Assembly: GCA_964016885.1 (NCBI GenBank)
Contig: OZ024740.1
Span: 7,626,001-7,690,000 of the forward strand
Source: Eledone cirrhosa
Lineage: Eukaryota
Direction of reading: 5' to 3'
Length of the DNA stretch: 64,000 nt
In this document: positions 30,701-46,000 of the stretch, piece after piece
Position numbering within the stretch: the stretch's first letter is position 1
How the letters are laid out: every line of letters begins with the position of its first letter
The notes under the pieces: generated by a model
Told to the model about the DNA's origin: nothing
The model's input: only the letters and a program-made list of their open reading frames with translations
Database searches by the model: none
Position numbers and translations under genes: made by a program

Positions 30701-33700
30701 TTAGTATGTCAATTTCTATTGGTATGTGAGTTTCTATTGGTATATCAGTTTCGATTGCTATGTCAGTTGCTATTGGTATATCAATTTCGATTGGTATGTC
30801 AGTTTCTATTGGTATGTCAGTTTCTACTGGTATATCAGTTTCGATAGGTATGTCAGTTTCGATTATTATATCAGTTACTATTATTATCTCAGTTTCGATT
30901 TGTACGTCAGTTTCGAGTGGTATATCAGTTTCGATTGGTATGTCAGTTTCTATTGGTATATCAGTTTCTATTGGTATGTCAGTTTCGATAGGTATGTCAG
31001 TTTTTATTGGTATATCAGTTTCGATTGGTATGTCAGTTTCTATTGGTTTGTCAGTTTCGATTAATATATCAGTTACTATTGGTATGTCAGTTTGGATTGG
31101 TATATCAGTTTCTATTGGTATGTCAGTTTCGATAGGTATGTCAGTTTTTATTGGTATATCAGTTTCGATTGGTATGTCAGTTTCTATTGGTATGTCAGTT
31201 TCGATTGGTATTTTAGTTGCTATTGGTATATCAGTTTCCATTGGTAGGTCAGTTTCTATTGGTATGTCAGTTTCTATTGGTATACCAGTTTCTATTGGTA
31301 TGTCAGTTTCGATTAGCATGTCAATTTCTATTGGTATGTCAGTTTCTATTGGTATGTATGTTTCTATTAGTATATCAGTTTTGATTGGTATATCAGTTTC
31401 GATTGGTATGTCAGTTTCTATTGGTATATCAGTTTTGATTGGTATATCAGTTTCAATTAGTATGTAAGTTTCTATTTGTATATCAGTTTCGATTGGTATA
31501 TCAGTTTCGATTAGTATGTCAATTTCTATTGGTATGTCAGTTTCAATTGGTATATCAGTTTTGATTGGTATATCAGTTTCAATTAGTATGTCAGTTTCTA
31601 TTGGTATATCAGTTTCAATTGCTATGTCAGTTTCTATTGGTTTGTCAGTTTCGATTATTATATCAGTTTCGATTGGTATGTCAGTTTCGATTGGTATGTC
31701 AGTTTCGATTGTTATATCAGTTTCTATTGGTATGACAGTTTCGAATGCTATATCAGTTTCTATTGGTATGTCAGTTTCGATTGGAAAGTCAGTTTCGATT
31801 GGTATGTCAGTTTCTATTGGTCTGAGAGTTTCGATTGGTATATCAGTTTGGATTGGTATGTCAGTTTGGATTGGTATGTCAGTTTCGACTGGTATGTCAA
31901 TTTCTATTGGTATATCAGTCTTGATTAGTATGTCAGTTTCTATTGGTATATCAGTTTCGAATGGTATATCAGTTTCGATTGGTATGTCAGTTTAGATTGG
32001 TATATGAGTTTCGATTGGTATGTCATTTTCGATTAGTATATCAGTTTCTATTGGTATGTCAGTTTCGAGTGGTATGTCAGATTATATTGGTATATCAGTT
32101 TCGATTGGTATATCAGTTTCGATTGGTATATCAGTTTCGATTGGTATATCAGTTTCTATTGGTATATCAATTTCTATTGGTATGTCAGTGTTGATTGATA
32201 TATCAGTTTTGATTAGAATGTCAGTTTCGATTGGTATGTCAGTTTCGATTGGTATATCAGTTTCGATATGTATATCAGTTTCGATTGGTATGTCAGTTTT
32301 GATTGGTATATCAGTTGCTATTGCTATATCAGTTTCTGCTGGCATGTCAGTTTCGATTGGTATGTCAGTTTCTATTGGTATATCAGTTTCAATTTGTATA
32401 TCAGTTTCTATTGGTATATCAGTTTCTATTGGTATATCAGTTTCGATTAGAATGTCAGTTTCGATTGGTATGTCAGTTTTGATTGGTATATCAGTTTCTA
32501 TTGCTATATCAGTTTCTGTTGGTATGTCAGTTTGGATTCATATGTCAGTTTCGATTAGTATATCAGTTTCTGTAGGTATGTCAGTTTCTATTCGTATATC
32601 ATTTTTGTATTGGTATATCAGTTTCTATTGGTATGTCAGTTTCGATTGGTATTTCAGTTGCTATTGGTATATTAGTTTCCATTGGTAGGTCAGTTTCTAT
32701 TGGTATGTCAGTCTCTATTGGTATACCAGTTTCGATTGTTATGTCAGTTTCGATTAGTATGTCAATTTCTATTGGTATGTCAGTTTCTATTGGTATGTAT
32801 GTTTCTATTAGTATATCAGTTTTGATTGGTATATCAGTTTCGATTGGTATGTCAGTTTATATTGGTATATTAGTTTTGATTGCTATGTCAGATGCTATTG
32901 GTATATCAATTTCGATTGGTATGTCAGTTTCTATTGGTATGTCAGTTTCTATTGGTATATCAGTTTCGACAGCTATGTCAGTTTCGATTATTATATCAGT
33001 TACTATTGTTATCTCAGTTTCGATATGTATGTCAGTTTCGATTGGTATATCAGTTACGATTGGTATGTCACTTTCTATAGGTATATCAGTTTCTATTGGT
33101 ATGTCAGTTTTGATTGGTATGTCAGTTTCTATTGGTTTGTCAGTTTCGATTGGTATTTCATTTTCTATTCGTATATCAGTTTCCATTGGTAGGTCAGTTT
33201 CTATTGGTATGTCTGCTTCTATTGGTATACCAGTTTCTATTGGTATGTCAGTTTCGATTAGCATGTCAATTTCTATTGGTATGTCAGTTTCTATTGGTAT
33301 GTATGTTTCCATTAGTATATCAGTTTTGATTTGTATATCAGTTTCGATTGGTATGTCAGTTTCTATTGGTATATCAGTTTTGATTGGTATATCAGTTTCA
33401 ATTAGTATGTCAGTTTCTATTGGTATATCAGTTTCGATTGGTATATCAGTTTCGATTATTATGTCAATTTCTATTGGTATGTCACTTTCTATTGGTATAT
33501 AAGTTTTGATTGGTATATCAGTTTCAATTAGTATGTCAGTTTCTATAGGTATATCAGTTTCGATTGCTATGTCAGTTTCGATTGGTATGTCAGTTTCTAT
33601 TGGTTTGTGAGTTTCGATTATTATAACAGTTACTATTGGTATGTCAGTTTCGATTGGTATGTCAGTTTCGATTGGTATATCAGTTTCTATTGGTATGACA

Positions 33701-36700
33701 GTTTTCGATTGGTATATCAGTTTGGATTGGTATGTCAGTTTGGATTGGTATGTCAGTTTCGACTGGTGTGTCAATTTCGATTGGTATATCAGTTTTGATT
33801 AGTATGTCAGCTTCTATTGGTATATCAGTTTCGATTGGTATATCAGTTTCGATTCGTATATGAGTTTCGATTTGTATGTCATTTTCGATTAGTATATCAG
33901 TTTCTATTGGTATGTCAGTTTTGATTGGTATATCAGTTTCGATTAGAATGTCAGTTTCGATTGGTATGTCAGTTTCGATTGGTATATCAGTTTCGATAGG
34001 TATATCAGTTTCGATTGGTATGTCAGTTTTGATTGGTATATCAGTTTCTATTGCTATATCAGTTTCTGTTGGTATGTCAGTTTCGATTTATATGTCAGTT
34101 TCGATTAGTATATCAGTTTCTGTAAGTATGTCAGTTTCTATTCGTATATCAGTTTTGATTGGTATATCAGTTTCTATTGGTATGTCAGTTTCGATTGGTA
34201 TTTCAGTTGCTATTGGTATATCAGTTTCCGTTGGTAGGTCAGTTTCTATTGGTTTGTCAGTTTCTATTGGTATACCAGTTTCGATTGGTATGTCAGTTTC
34301 GATTAGTATGTCAATTTCTATTGGTATGTCAGTTTCTATTGGTATGTATGTTTCTATTAGTATATCAGTTTTGATTGGTATATCAGTTTCGATTGGTATG
34401 TCAGTTTCCATTGGTATATCAGTTTCGATTGTATATCAGTTTCAATTAGTATGTCAGTTTCTATTGGTATATCAGTTTCGATTGGTATATCAGTTTCGAC
34501 TAGTATGTCAATTTCTATTGGTATGTCAGTTTCTATTGGTATATCAGTTTTGATTGCTATATCAGTTTCAATTAGTATGTCAGTTTCTATTGGTATATCA
34601 GTTTCGATTGCTATGTCAGTTGCTATTGGTATTTCAATTTCGATTGGTATGTCAGTTTCTATTGGTATGTCAGTTTCTATTGGTATATCAGTTTCGATAG
34701 CTATGTCAGTTTCGATTATTATATCAGTTACTATTGTTATCTCAGTTTCGATATGTATGTCAGTTTCGATTGGTATATCAGTTATGATTGGTATGTCACT
34801 TTCTATTGGTATATCAGTTTCTATTGGTATGTCATTTTCGATAGGTATGTCAGTTTTTATTGGTATATTAGTTTCGATTGGTATGTCAGCTTCTATTGGT
34901 ATACCAGTTTCTATTGGTATGTCAGTTTCGATAGGTATATCAGTTTCGATTGGTATGTCAATTTCTATTGGTATGTCAGTTTCTTTTCGTATGTATGTTT
35001 CTATTAGTATATCAGTTTTGATTGGTATATCAGTTTCGATTGGTATGTCAGTTTCTATTGGTATATCAGTTTTGATTGGTATATCAGTTTCAATTAGTAT
35101 GTCAGTTTCTATTGGTATGTCACTTTCTATTGGTATATAAGTTTTGATTGGTATATCAGTTTCAATTAGTATGTCAGTTTTTATTGGTATATCAGTTTCG
35201 ATTGGTATGACAGTTTCGATTGGTATATCAGTTTGGATTGGTATGTCAGTTTGGATTGGTATGTCAGTTTCGACTGGTATGTCAATTTCGATTGGTATAT
35301 CAGTTTTGATTAGTATGTCAGCTTCTATTTGTATATCAGTTTCGATTGGTATATCAGTTTCGATTGGGATGTCATTTTCGATTAGTATATCAGTTTCTAT
35401 TGGTATGTCAGTTTCGATTGGTATGTCAGATTCTATTGGTATATCAGTTTCGATTGGTATATCAGTTTCGATTGTTATATCAGTTTCGATTGGTATATCA
35501 GTTTCTATTGGTATATCAATTTCTATTGGTATATCAGTTTCGATTAGAATGTCATTTTCGATTGGTATGTCAGTTTCGATTGGTATATCAGTTTCGATAG
35601 GTATATCAGTTTCGATTGGTATGTCAGTTTCGATTGGTATATCAGTTTCTATTGCTATATCAGTTTCTGTTGGTATGTCAGTTTCGATTCATATGTCAGT
35701 TTCGATTAGCATATCAGTTTCTATAGGTATGTCTTTTTATATTTGTATATCAGTTTCTATTGGTATATCAGTTTCTATTGGTATGTCAGTTTCGATTGGT
35801 ATTTCAGTTGCTATTGGTATATCAGTTTCCATTGGTAGATCAGTTTCTATTGGTAGGTCAGTTTCTATTGGTATACCAGTTTCGATTGGTATGTCAGTTT
35901 CGCTTAGTATGTCAATTTCTATTGGTATATCAGTTTCAATTGGTATGTCAGTTTCTATTAGTATATCAGTTTTGATTGGTATATCAGTTTCAATTAGTAT
36001 GTCAGTTTCTATTGGTATATCAGTTTCGATTGGTATATCAGTTTCGAATAGTATGTCAATTTCTATTGGTATGTCAGTTTCTATTGGTATATCAGTTTTG
36101 ATTGCTATATCAGTTTCAATTAGTATGTCAGTTTCTATTGGTATATGAGTTTCGATTGCTATGTCAGTTGCTATTTGTATATCAATTTCGATTGGTATGT
36201 CAGTTTCGATAGGTATGTCAGTTTTGATTATTATATCAGTTACTATTGTTATCTTAGTTTCGATTTGTATGTCAGTTTCGATTGGTATATCAGTTTCGAT
36301 TGGTATGTCAGTTTCTATTGGTATATCAGTTTCTATTGGTATGTCAGTTTTGAAAGGTATGTCAGTTTTTATTGGTTTGTCAGTTTCGATTGGTATTTCA
36401 GTTGCTATTGGTATATCAGTTTCCATTGGTAGGTCAGTTTCTATTGGTATGTCAGTTTCTATTGGTATACCAGTTTCTATTGGTATGTCAATTTCTATTG
36501 GGATGTCAGTTTCTATTGGTATGTATGTTTCTATTAGTATATAAGTTTTGATTGATATATCAGTTTCGATTGGTATGTCAGTTTCTATTGGTATATCAGT
36601 TTTGATTGGTATATCAGTTTCAATTAGAATGTCAGTTTCTATTGGTATATCAGTTTCGATTGGTATATCAGTTTCGATTAGTATGTCAATTTCTATTGGT

Positions 36701-39700
36701 ATGTGAGTTTCTATTGGTATATCAGTTTCGATTGCTATGTCAGTTGCTATTGGTATATCAATTTCGATTGGTATGTCAGTTTCTATTGGTATGTCAGTTT
36801 CTACTGGTATATCAGTTTCGATAGGTATGTCAGTTTCGATTATTATATCAGTTACTATTATTATCTCAGTTTCGATTTGTACGTCAGTTTCGAGTGGTAT
36901 ATCAGTTTCGATTGGTATGTCAGTTTCTATTGGTATATCAGTTTCTATTGGTATGTCAGTTTCGATAGGTATGTCAGTTTTTATTGGTATATCAGTTTCG
37001 ATTGGTATGTCAGTTTCTATTGGTTTGTCAGTTTCGATTAATATATCAGTTACTATTGGTATGTCAGTTTGGATTGGTATATCAGTTTCTATTGGTATGT
37101 CAGTTTCGATAGGTATGTCAGTTTTTATTGGTATATCAGTTTCGATTGGTATGTCAGTTTCTATTGGTATGTCAGTTTCGATTGGTATTTTAGTTGCTAT
37201 TGGTATATCAGTTTCCATTGGTAGGTCAGTTTCTATTGGTATGTCAGTTTCTATTGGTATACCAGTTTCTTTTGGTATGTCAGTTTCGATTAGCATGTCA
37301 ATTTCTATTGGTATGTCAGTTTCTATTGGTATGTATGTTTCTATTAGTATATCAGTTTTGATTGGTATATCAGTTTCGATTGGTATGTCAGTTTCTATTG
37401 GTATATCAGTTTTGATTGGTATATCAGTTTCAATTAGTATGTAAGTTTCTATTTGTATATCAGTTTCGATTGGTATATCAGTTTCGATTAGTATGTCAAT
37501 TTCTATTGGTATGTCAGTTTCAATTGGTATATCAGTTTTGATTGGTATATCAGTTTCAATTAGTATGTCAGTTTCTATTGGTATATCAGTTTCAATTGCT
37601 ATGTCAGTTTCTATTGGTTTGTCAGTTTCGATTATTATATCAGTTTCGATTGGTATGTCAGTTTCGATTGGTATGTCAGTTTCGATTGTTATATCAGTTT
37701 CTATTGGTATGACAGTTTCGAATGCTATATCAGTTTCTATTGGTATGTCAGTTTCGATTGGAAAGTCAGTTTCGATTGGTATGTCAGTTTCTATTGGTCT
37801 GAGAGTTTCGATTGGTATATCAGTTTGGATTGGTATGTCAGTTTGGATTGGTATGTCAGTTTCGACTGGTATGTCAATTTCTATTGGTATATCAGTCTTG
37901 ATTAGTATGTCAGTTTCTATTGGTATATCAGTTTCGAATGGTATATCAGTTTCGATTGGTATGTCAGTTTAGATTGGTATATGAGTTTCGATTGGTATGT
38001 CATTTTCGATTAGTATATCAGTTTCTATTGGTATGTCAGTTTCGAGTGGTATGTCAGATTATATTGGTATATCAGTTTCGATTGGTATATCAGTTTCGAT
38101 TGGTATATCAGTTTCGATTGGTATATCAGTTTCTATTGGTATATCAATTTCTATTGGTATGTCAGTGTTGATTGATATATCAGTTTTGATTAGAATGTCA
38201 GTTTCGATTGGTATGTCAGTTTCGATTGGTATATCAGTTTCGATATGTATATCAGTTTCGATTGGTATGTCAGTTTTGATTGGTATATCAGTTGCTATTG
38301 CTATATCAGTTTCTGCTGGCATGTCAGTTTCGATTGGTATGTCAGTTTCTATTGGTATATCAGTTTCAATTTGTATATCAGTTTCTATTGGTATATCAGT
38401 TTCTATTGGTATATCAGTTTCGATTAGAATGTCAGTTTCGATTGGTATGTCAGTTTTGATTGGTATATCAGTTTCTATTGCTATATCAGTTTCTGTTGGT
38501 ATGTCAGTTTGGATTCATATGTCAGTTTCGATTAGTATATCAGTTTCTGTAGGTATGTCAGTTTCTATTCGTATATCATTTTTGTATTGGTATATCAGTT
38601 TCTATTGGTATGTCAGTTTCGATTGGTATTTCAGTTGCTATTGGTATATTAGTTTCCATTGGTAGGTCAGTTTCTATTGGTATGTCAGTCTCTATTGGTA
38701 TACCAGTTTCGATTGTTATGTCAGTTTCGATTAGTATGTCAATTTCTATTGGTATGTCAGTTTCTATTGGTATGTATGTTTCTATTAGTATATCAGTTTT
38801 GATTGGTATATCAGTTTCGATTGGTATGTCAGTTTATATTGGTATATTAGTTTTGATTGCTATGTCAGATGCTATTGGTATATCAATTTCGATTGGTATG
38901 TCAGTTTCTATTGGTATGTCAGTTTCTATTGGTATATCAGTTTCGACAGCTATGTCAGTTTCGATTATTATATCAGTTACTATTGTTATCTCAGTTTCGA
39001 TATGTATGTCAGTTTCGATTGGTATATCAGTTACGATTGGTATGTCACTTTCTATAGGTATATCAGTTTCTATTGGTATGTCAGTTTTGATTGGTATGTC
39101 AGTTTCTATTGGTTTGTCAGTTTCGATTGGTATTTCATTTTCTATTCGTATATCAGTTTCCATTGGTAGGTCAGTTTCTATTGGTATGTCTGCTTCTATT
39201 GGTATACCAGTTTCTATTGGTATGTCAGTTTCGATTAGCATGTCAATTTCTATTGGTATGTCAGTTTCTATTGGTATGTATGTTTCCATTAGTATATCAG
39301 TTTTGATTTGTATATCAGTTTCGATTGGTATGTCAGTTTCTATTGGTATATCAGTTTTGATTGGTATATCAGTTTCAATTAGTATGTCAGTTTCTATTGG
39401 TATATCAGTTTCGATTGGTATATCAGTTTCGATTATTATGTCAATTTCTATTGGTATGTCACTTTCTATTGGTATATAAGTTTTGATTGGTATATCAGTT
39501 TCAATTAGTATGTCAGTTTCTATAGGTATATCAGTTTCGATTGCTATGTCAGTTTCGATAGGTATGTCAGTTTTTATTGATATATCAGTTTCGATTGGTA
39601 TGTCAGTTTCTATTGGTTTGTGAGTTTCGATTATTATAACAGTTACTATTGGTATGTCAGTTTCGATTGGTATGTCAGTTTCGATTGGTATATCAGTTTC

Positions 39701-42700
39701 TATTGGTATGACAGTTTTCGATTGGTATATCAGTTTGGATTGGTATGTCAGTTTGGATTGGTATGTCAGTTTCGACTGGTGTGTCAATTTCGATTGGTAT
39801 ATCAGTTTTGATTAGTATGTCAGCTTCTATTGGTATATCAGTTTCGATTGGTATATCAGTTTCGATTCGTATATGAGTTTCGATTTGTATGTCATTTTCG
39901 ATTAGTATATCAGTTTCTATTGGTATGTCAGTTTTGATTGGTATATCAGTTTCGATTAGAATGTCAGTTTCGATTGGTATGTCAGTTTCGATTGGTATAT
40001 CAGTTTCGATAGGTATATCAGTTTCGATTGGTATGTCAGTTTTGATTGGTATATCAGTTTCTATTGCTATATCAGTTTCTGTTGGTATGTCAGTTTCGAT
40101 TTATATGTCAGTTTCGATTAGTATATCAGTTTCTGTAAGTATGTCAGTTTCTATTCGTATATCAGTTTTGATTGGTATATCAGTTTCTATTGGTATGTCA
40201 GTTTCGATTGGTATTTCAGTTGCTATTGGTATATCAGTTTCCATTGGTAGGTCAGTTTCTATTGGTTTGTCAGTTTCTATTGGTATACCAGTTTCGATTG
40301 GTATGTCAGTTTCGATTAGTATGTCAATTTCTATTGGTATGTCAGTTTCTATTGGTATGTATGTTTCTATTAGTATATCAGTTTTGATTGGTATATCAGT
40401 TTCGATTGGTATGTCAGTTTCCATTGGTATATCAGTTTCGATTGTATATCAGTTTCAATTAGTATGTCAGTTTCTATTGGTATATCAGTTTCGATTGGTA
40501 TATCAGTTTCGACTAGTATGTCAATTTCTATTGGTATGTCAGTTTCTATTGGTATATCAGTTTTGATTGCTATATCAGTTTCAATTAGTATGTCAGTTTC
40601 TATTGGTATATCAGTTTCGATTGCTATGTCAGTTGCTATTGGTATTTCAATTTCGATTGGTATGTCAGTTTCTATTGGTATGTCAGTTTCTATTGGTATA
40701 TCAGTTTCGATAGCTATGTCAGTTTCGATTATTATATCAGTTACTATTGTTATCTCAGTTTCGATATGTATGTCAGTTTCGATTGGTATATCAGTTATGA
40801 TTGGTATGTCACTTTCTATTGGTATATCAGTTTCTATTGGTATGTCATTTTCGATAGGTATGTCAGTTTTTATTGGTATATTAGTTTCGATTGGTATGTC
40901 AGCTTCTATTGGTATACCAGTTTCTATTGGTATGTCAGTTTCGATAGGTATATCAGTTTCGATTGGTATGTCAATTTCTATTGGTATGTCAGTTTCTTTT
41001 CGTATGTATGTTTCTATTAGTATATCAGTTTTGATTGGTATATCAGTTTCGATTGGTATGTCAGTTTCTATTGGTATATCAGTTTTGATTGGTATATCAG
41101 TTTCAATTAGTATGTCAGTTTCTATTGGTATGTCACTTTCTATTGGTATATAAGTTTTGATTGGTATATCAGTTTCAATTAGTATGTCAGTTTTTATTGG
41201 TATATCAGTTTCGATTGGTATGACAGTTTCGATTGGTATATCAGTTTGGATTGGTATGTCAGTTTGGATTGGTATGTCAGTTTCGACTGGTATGTCAATT
41301 TCGATTGGTATATCAGTTTTGATTAGTATGTCAGCTTCTATTGGTATATCAGTTTCGATTGGTATATCAGTTTCGATTGGGATGTCATTTTCGATTAGTA
41401 TATCAGTTTCTATTGGTATGTCAGTTTCGATTGGTATGTCAGATTCTATTGGTATATCAGTTTCGATTGGTATATCAGTTTCGATTGTTATATCAGTTTC
41501 GATTGGTATATCAGTTTCTATTGGTATATCAATTTCTATTGGTATATCAGTTTCGATTAGAATGTCATTTTCGATTGGTATGTCAGTTTCGATTGGTATA
41601 TCAGTTTCGATAGGTATATCAGTTTCGATTGGTATGTCAGTTTCGATTGGTATATCAGTTTCTATTGCTATATCAGTTTCTGTTGGTATGTCAGTTTCGA
41701 TTCATATGTCAGTTTCGATTAGCATATCAGTTTCTATAGGTATGTCTTTTTATATTTGTATATCAGTTTCTATTGGTATATCAGTTTCTATTGGTATGTC
41801 AGTTTCGATTGGTATTTCAGTTGCTATTGGTATATCAGTTTCCATTGGTAGATCAGTTTCTATTGGTAGGTCAGTTTCTATTGGTATACCAGTTTCGATT
41901 GGTATGTCAGTTTCGATTAGTATGTCAATTTCTATTGGTATATCAGTTTCAATTGGTATGTCAGTTTCTATTAGTATATCAGTTTTGATTGGTATATCAG
42001 TTTCAATTAGTATGTCAGTTTCTATTGGTATATCAGTTTCGATTGGTATATCAGTTTCGAATAGTATGTCAATTTCTATTGGTATGTCAGTTTCTATTGG
42101 TATATCAGTTTTGATTGCTATATCAGTTTCAATTAGTATGTCAGTTTCTATTGGTATATGAGTTTCGATTGCTATGTCAGTTGCTATTTGTATATCAATT
42201 TCGATTGGTATGTCAGTTTCGATAGGTATGTCAGTTTTGATTATTATATCAGTTACTATTGTTATCTTAGTTTCGATTTGTATGTCAGTTTCGATTGGTA
42301 TATCAGTTTCGATTGGTATGTCAGTTTCTATTGGTATATCAGTTTCTATTGGTATGTCAGTTTTGAAAGGTATGTCAGTTTTTATTGGTTTGTCAGTTTC
42401 GATTGGTATTTCAGTTGCTATTGGTATATCAGTTTCCATTGGTAGGTCAGTTTCTATTGGTATGTCAGTTTCTATTGGTATACCAGTTTCTATTGGTATG
42501 TCAATTTCTATTGGGATGTCAGTTTCTATTGGTATGTATGTTTCTATTAGTATATAAGTTTTGATTGATATATCAGTTTCGATTGGTATGTCAGTTTCTA
42601 TTGGTATATCAGTTTTGATTGGTATATCAGTTTCAATTAGAATGTCAGTTTCTATTGGTATATCAGTTTCGATTGGTATATCAGTTTCGATTAGTATGTC

Positions 42701-43045
42701 AATTTCTATTGGTATGTGAGTTTCTATTGGTATATCAGTTTCGATTGCTATGTCAGTTGCTATTGGTATATCAATTTCGATTGGTATGTCAGTTTCTATT
42801 GGTATGTCAGTTTCTACTGGTATATCAGTTTCGATAGGTATGTCAGTTTCGATTATTATATCAGTTACTATTATTATCTCAGTTTCGATTTGTACGTCAG
42901 TTTCGAGTGGTATATCAGTTTCGATTGGTATGTCAGTTTCTATTGGTATATCAGTTTCTATTGGTATGTCAGTTTCGATAGGTATGTCAGTTTTTATTGG
43001 TATATCAGTTTCGATTGGTATGTCAGTTTCTATTGGTTTGTCAGT
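25020..43045. repeat. Higher-order tandem triplication, 3 copies of a ~6.0-kb unit
   Basis: Offset is 5977 = 332x18+1 (25539/31516/37493; 26043/32020/37997) and becomes 6013 past two extra monomers near 39560 (33876/39889). Three diagnostic indels recur in every copy. Confidence 0.93.
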
Positions 43046-46000
43046 TTCAATTATTATATCAGTTACTATTGGTATATCATTTTCGCTTGGTATGTCAGTT
43101 TCGATTGGTATATCAGTTTCTATTGGTATGACAGTTTCGATTGGTATATCATTTTCGATTGGTATGTCAGTTTAGATTGGTATGTCAGTTTCGACTGGTA
43201 TGTCAATTTCGATTGGTATGTCATTTTCGATTAGTATATCAGTTTCTATTGGTATGTCAGTTTCGATTGGTATGTCAGTTTTTATTGGTATATCAGTTTC
43301 GATTGGTATGTCAGTTTCGATTAGTATATCAGTATCTATAGGTATGTCAGTTTCTATTTGTATATCAGTTTTGATTGGTATATCAGTTTCGATTGGTATG
43401 TCAGTTTCGTTTATTATATCAGTTACTATTGTTATGTCAGTTTCGATTGGAAAGTCAGTTTCGATTGGTATGTCAGTTTCTATTGGTATGACAGTTTCGA
43501 TTGGTATGTCAGTTTTGATTGGTATATGAGTTTCGATTGGTATGTCATTTTCGATTAGTATATCAGTTTCTATTGGTATGTCAGTTTCGATTGGTATGTC
43601 AGATTCTATTGGTATATCAGTTTCGATTGGTATATCAGTTTCGATTGGTATATCAGTTTCGATTGGTATATCAGTTTCTATTGGTATATCAATTTCTATT
43701 GGTATGTCAGTTTTGATTGGTATATCAGTTTCGATTAGAATGTCAGTTTCGATCGGTATGTCAGTCTCGATTGGTATATCAGTTTCGATAGGTATATCAG
43801 TTTCGATTGGTATGTCAGTTTTGATTGGTATATCAGTTTCTATTGCTATATCAGTTTCTGTTGGTATGTCAGTTTCGATTGGTATGTCAGTTTCTATTGG
43901 TATATCAGTTTCGATTGGTATATCAGTTTCTATTGGTATATCAGTTTCTATTGGTATATCAGTTTGATTAGAATGTCATTTTCGATTGGTATGTCAGTTT
44001 CGATTGGTATATCAGTTTCGATACGTATATCAGTTTCGATTGGTATGTCAGTTACGATTGGTATATCAGTTTCTATTGCTATATCAGTTTCTGTTGGTAT
44101 GTCAGTTTCGATTCATATGTCAGTTTCGATTAGTATATCAGTTTATATAGGTATGTCAGTTTCTATTCGTATATCAGTTTTGATTGGTATGTCAGTTTCG
44201 ATTAGTATTTCAGTTGCTATTGGTATATCAGTTTCCATTCGTAGGTCAGTTTCTATTGGTATGTCAGTTTCTATTGGTATACCAGTTTCGATTGGTATGT
44301 CAGTTTCTATTGGTATGTATGTTTCTATTAGTATATCAGTTTTGATTGGTATATCAGTTTCGATTGGTATGTCAGTTTCTATTGGTATATCAGTTTTGAT
44401 TGGTATATCAGTTTCAATTAGTATGTCAGTTTCTATTGGTATATCAGTTTCGATTGGTATATCAGTTTCGATTAGTATGTCAATTTCTATTGGTATATCA
44501 GTTTCTATTGGTATATCAGTTTTGATTGCTATATCAGTTTCAATTAATATGTCAGTTTCTATTTGTATATCATTTTCGATTGCTATGTCAGTTGCTATTG
44601 GTATATCAATTTCGATTGGTATGTCAGTTTCTATTGGTATGTCAGTTTTTATTGGTATATCAGTTTCGATAGGTATGTCAGTTTCGATTGGTATATCAGT
44701 TACGATTGGTATGTCACTTTCTGTTGGTATATCAGTTTCTATTGGTATGTCAGTTTCCATAGGTATGTCAGTTTTTATTGGTATATCAGTTTCGATTGGT
44801 ATGTCAGTTTCTATTGGTTTGTCAGTTTCGATTGGTATTTCATTTCCTATTGTTATATCAGTTTCCATTGGTAGGTCAGTTTCTATTGGTATGTCAGCTT
44901 CTATTGGTATACCAGTTTCTATTGGTATGTCAGTTTCGATTAGCATGACAATTTCTATTGGTATGTCAGTTTCTATTGGTATGTATGTTTCTATTAGTAT
45001 ATCAGTTTTGATTTGTATATCAGTTTCGATTGGTATGTCAGTTTCTATTGGTATATCAGTTTTGATTGGTATATCAGTTTCAATTAGTATGTCAGTTTCT
45101 ATTGGTATATCAGTTTCGATTGGTATATCAGTTTCGATTAGTATGTCAATTTCTATTGGTATGTCAGTTTCTATTGTTATATAAGTTTTGATTGGTATAT
45201 CAGTTTCAATTAGTATGTCAGTTTCTATTGGTATATCAGTTTCGATTGCTATGTCAGTTGCTATTGTTATATCAATTTCGATTGGTATGTCAGTTTCTAT
45301 TGGTATGTCAGTTTCTATTGGTATATCAGTTTCGATAGGTATGTCAGTTTCGATTATTATATCAGTTACTATTGTTATCTCAGTTTCGATTTGTATGTCA
45401 GTTTCGATTGGTATATCAGTTTCGATTGGTATGTCAGTTTCTATTGGTATATCAGTTTCTATTGGTATGTCAGTGTCGATAGGTATGTCAGTTTTTATTG
45501 ATATATCAGTTTCGATTGGTATGTCAGTTTCTATTGGTTTGTCAGTTTCGATTATTTTATCAGTTAGTATTGGTATGTCAGTTTCGATTGGTATGTCAGT
45601 TTCGATCGGTATATCAGTTTCTATTGGTATGACAGTTTTGATTGGTATATCAGTTTGGATTGGTATGTCAGTTTGGATTGGTATATCAGTTTTGATTAGT
45701 ATGTCAGCTTCTATTGGTATATCAGTTTCGATTGGTATATCAGTTTCGATTTGTATATGAGTTTCGATTGGTATGTCATTTTCGATTAGTATATCAGTTT
45801 CTATTGGTATGTCAGTTTCGATTGGTATGTCAGTTTTTATTGGTATATCAGTTTCGATTGGTATGTCAGTTTCGATTAGTATATCAGTATCTATAGGTAT
45901 GTCAGTTTCTATTTGTATATCAGTTTTGATTGGTATATCAGTTTCGATTGGTATGTCAGTTTCGTTTATTATATCAGTTACTATTGTTATGTCAGTTTCG